A stretch of DNA of 63,251 bases, filler included, from Octopus bimaculoides (taxonomy: Eukaryota): assembly GCF_001194135.2 (NCBI RefSeq). It is 6 parts of 5 records of this genome, joined end to end, with 100 filler letters (N's around TTAATTAATTAA, not from the genome) between each part and the next. Parts side by side here need not be neighbours in the genome. Positions count along the whole stretch, not along the records: positions 59,895 to 63,251 come from NC_068987.1; 5 more parts are not named here. One strand, 5' to 3'. Within the stretch, counting starts at the first letter, position 1; the number at the start of each line of letters is the position of its first letter. A program made the position numbers and the translations under genes. This document shows, one piece after another, positions 63,179 through 63,251 of the stretch. The notes under the pieces are model-generated. The model was given only the letters and a program-made list of their open reading frames with translations. It was not told the origin of the DNA and made no database searches.

Positions 63179-63251
<73 letters not shown>

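Overview
AT-rich, microsatellite- and transposon-saturated animal genomic DNA with many N gaps. The SINE families and repeat load point to an octopod cephalopod, which is an inference and not a database match. The only host gene I can support is an STPG2-like sperm-tail PG-rich (SHIPPO-repeat) gene on the + strand, seen as two clean in-phase exons (44448-44552 and 46771-46930). Its other exons were not found. There is also a probable dead C-type lectin exon near 8.7 kb. The rest is repeats: R4/Dong-type RLE LINE fragments, RTE and Tx1/L1 fragments, two Penelope-like elements (Poseidon-type and Neptune-type), DD37D maT mariners, a Chapaev-type transposase fragment, MITEs and foldbacks, and at least four SINE-like families (A-D are my own labels). 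The most interesting signals are: minimal hammerhead-ribozyme motifs in Penelope-type terminal repeats (one family has a CUGUCGA core variant, another sits behind a tRNA-like Pol III head); a perfect 67-bp-stem hairpin in the STPG2 intron; a SINE family arrayed in (AAT)n tracts with swapped 3' tails; a 28-44 kb domain where SINE copies have lost CpGs; and an unexplained 1.5-kb diverged duplication. Most ORFs in the supplied track are microsatellite or gap artefacts. Repeat boundaries are by eye and approximate to a few tens of bases unless stated as exact.
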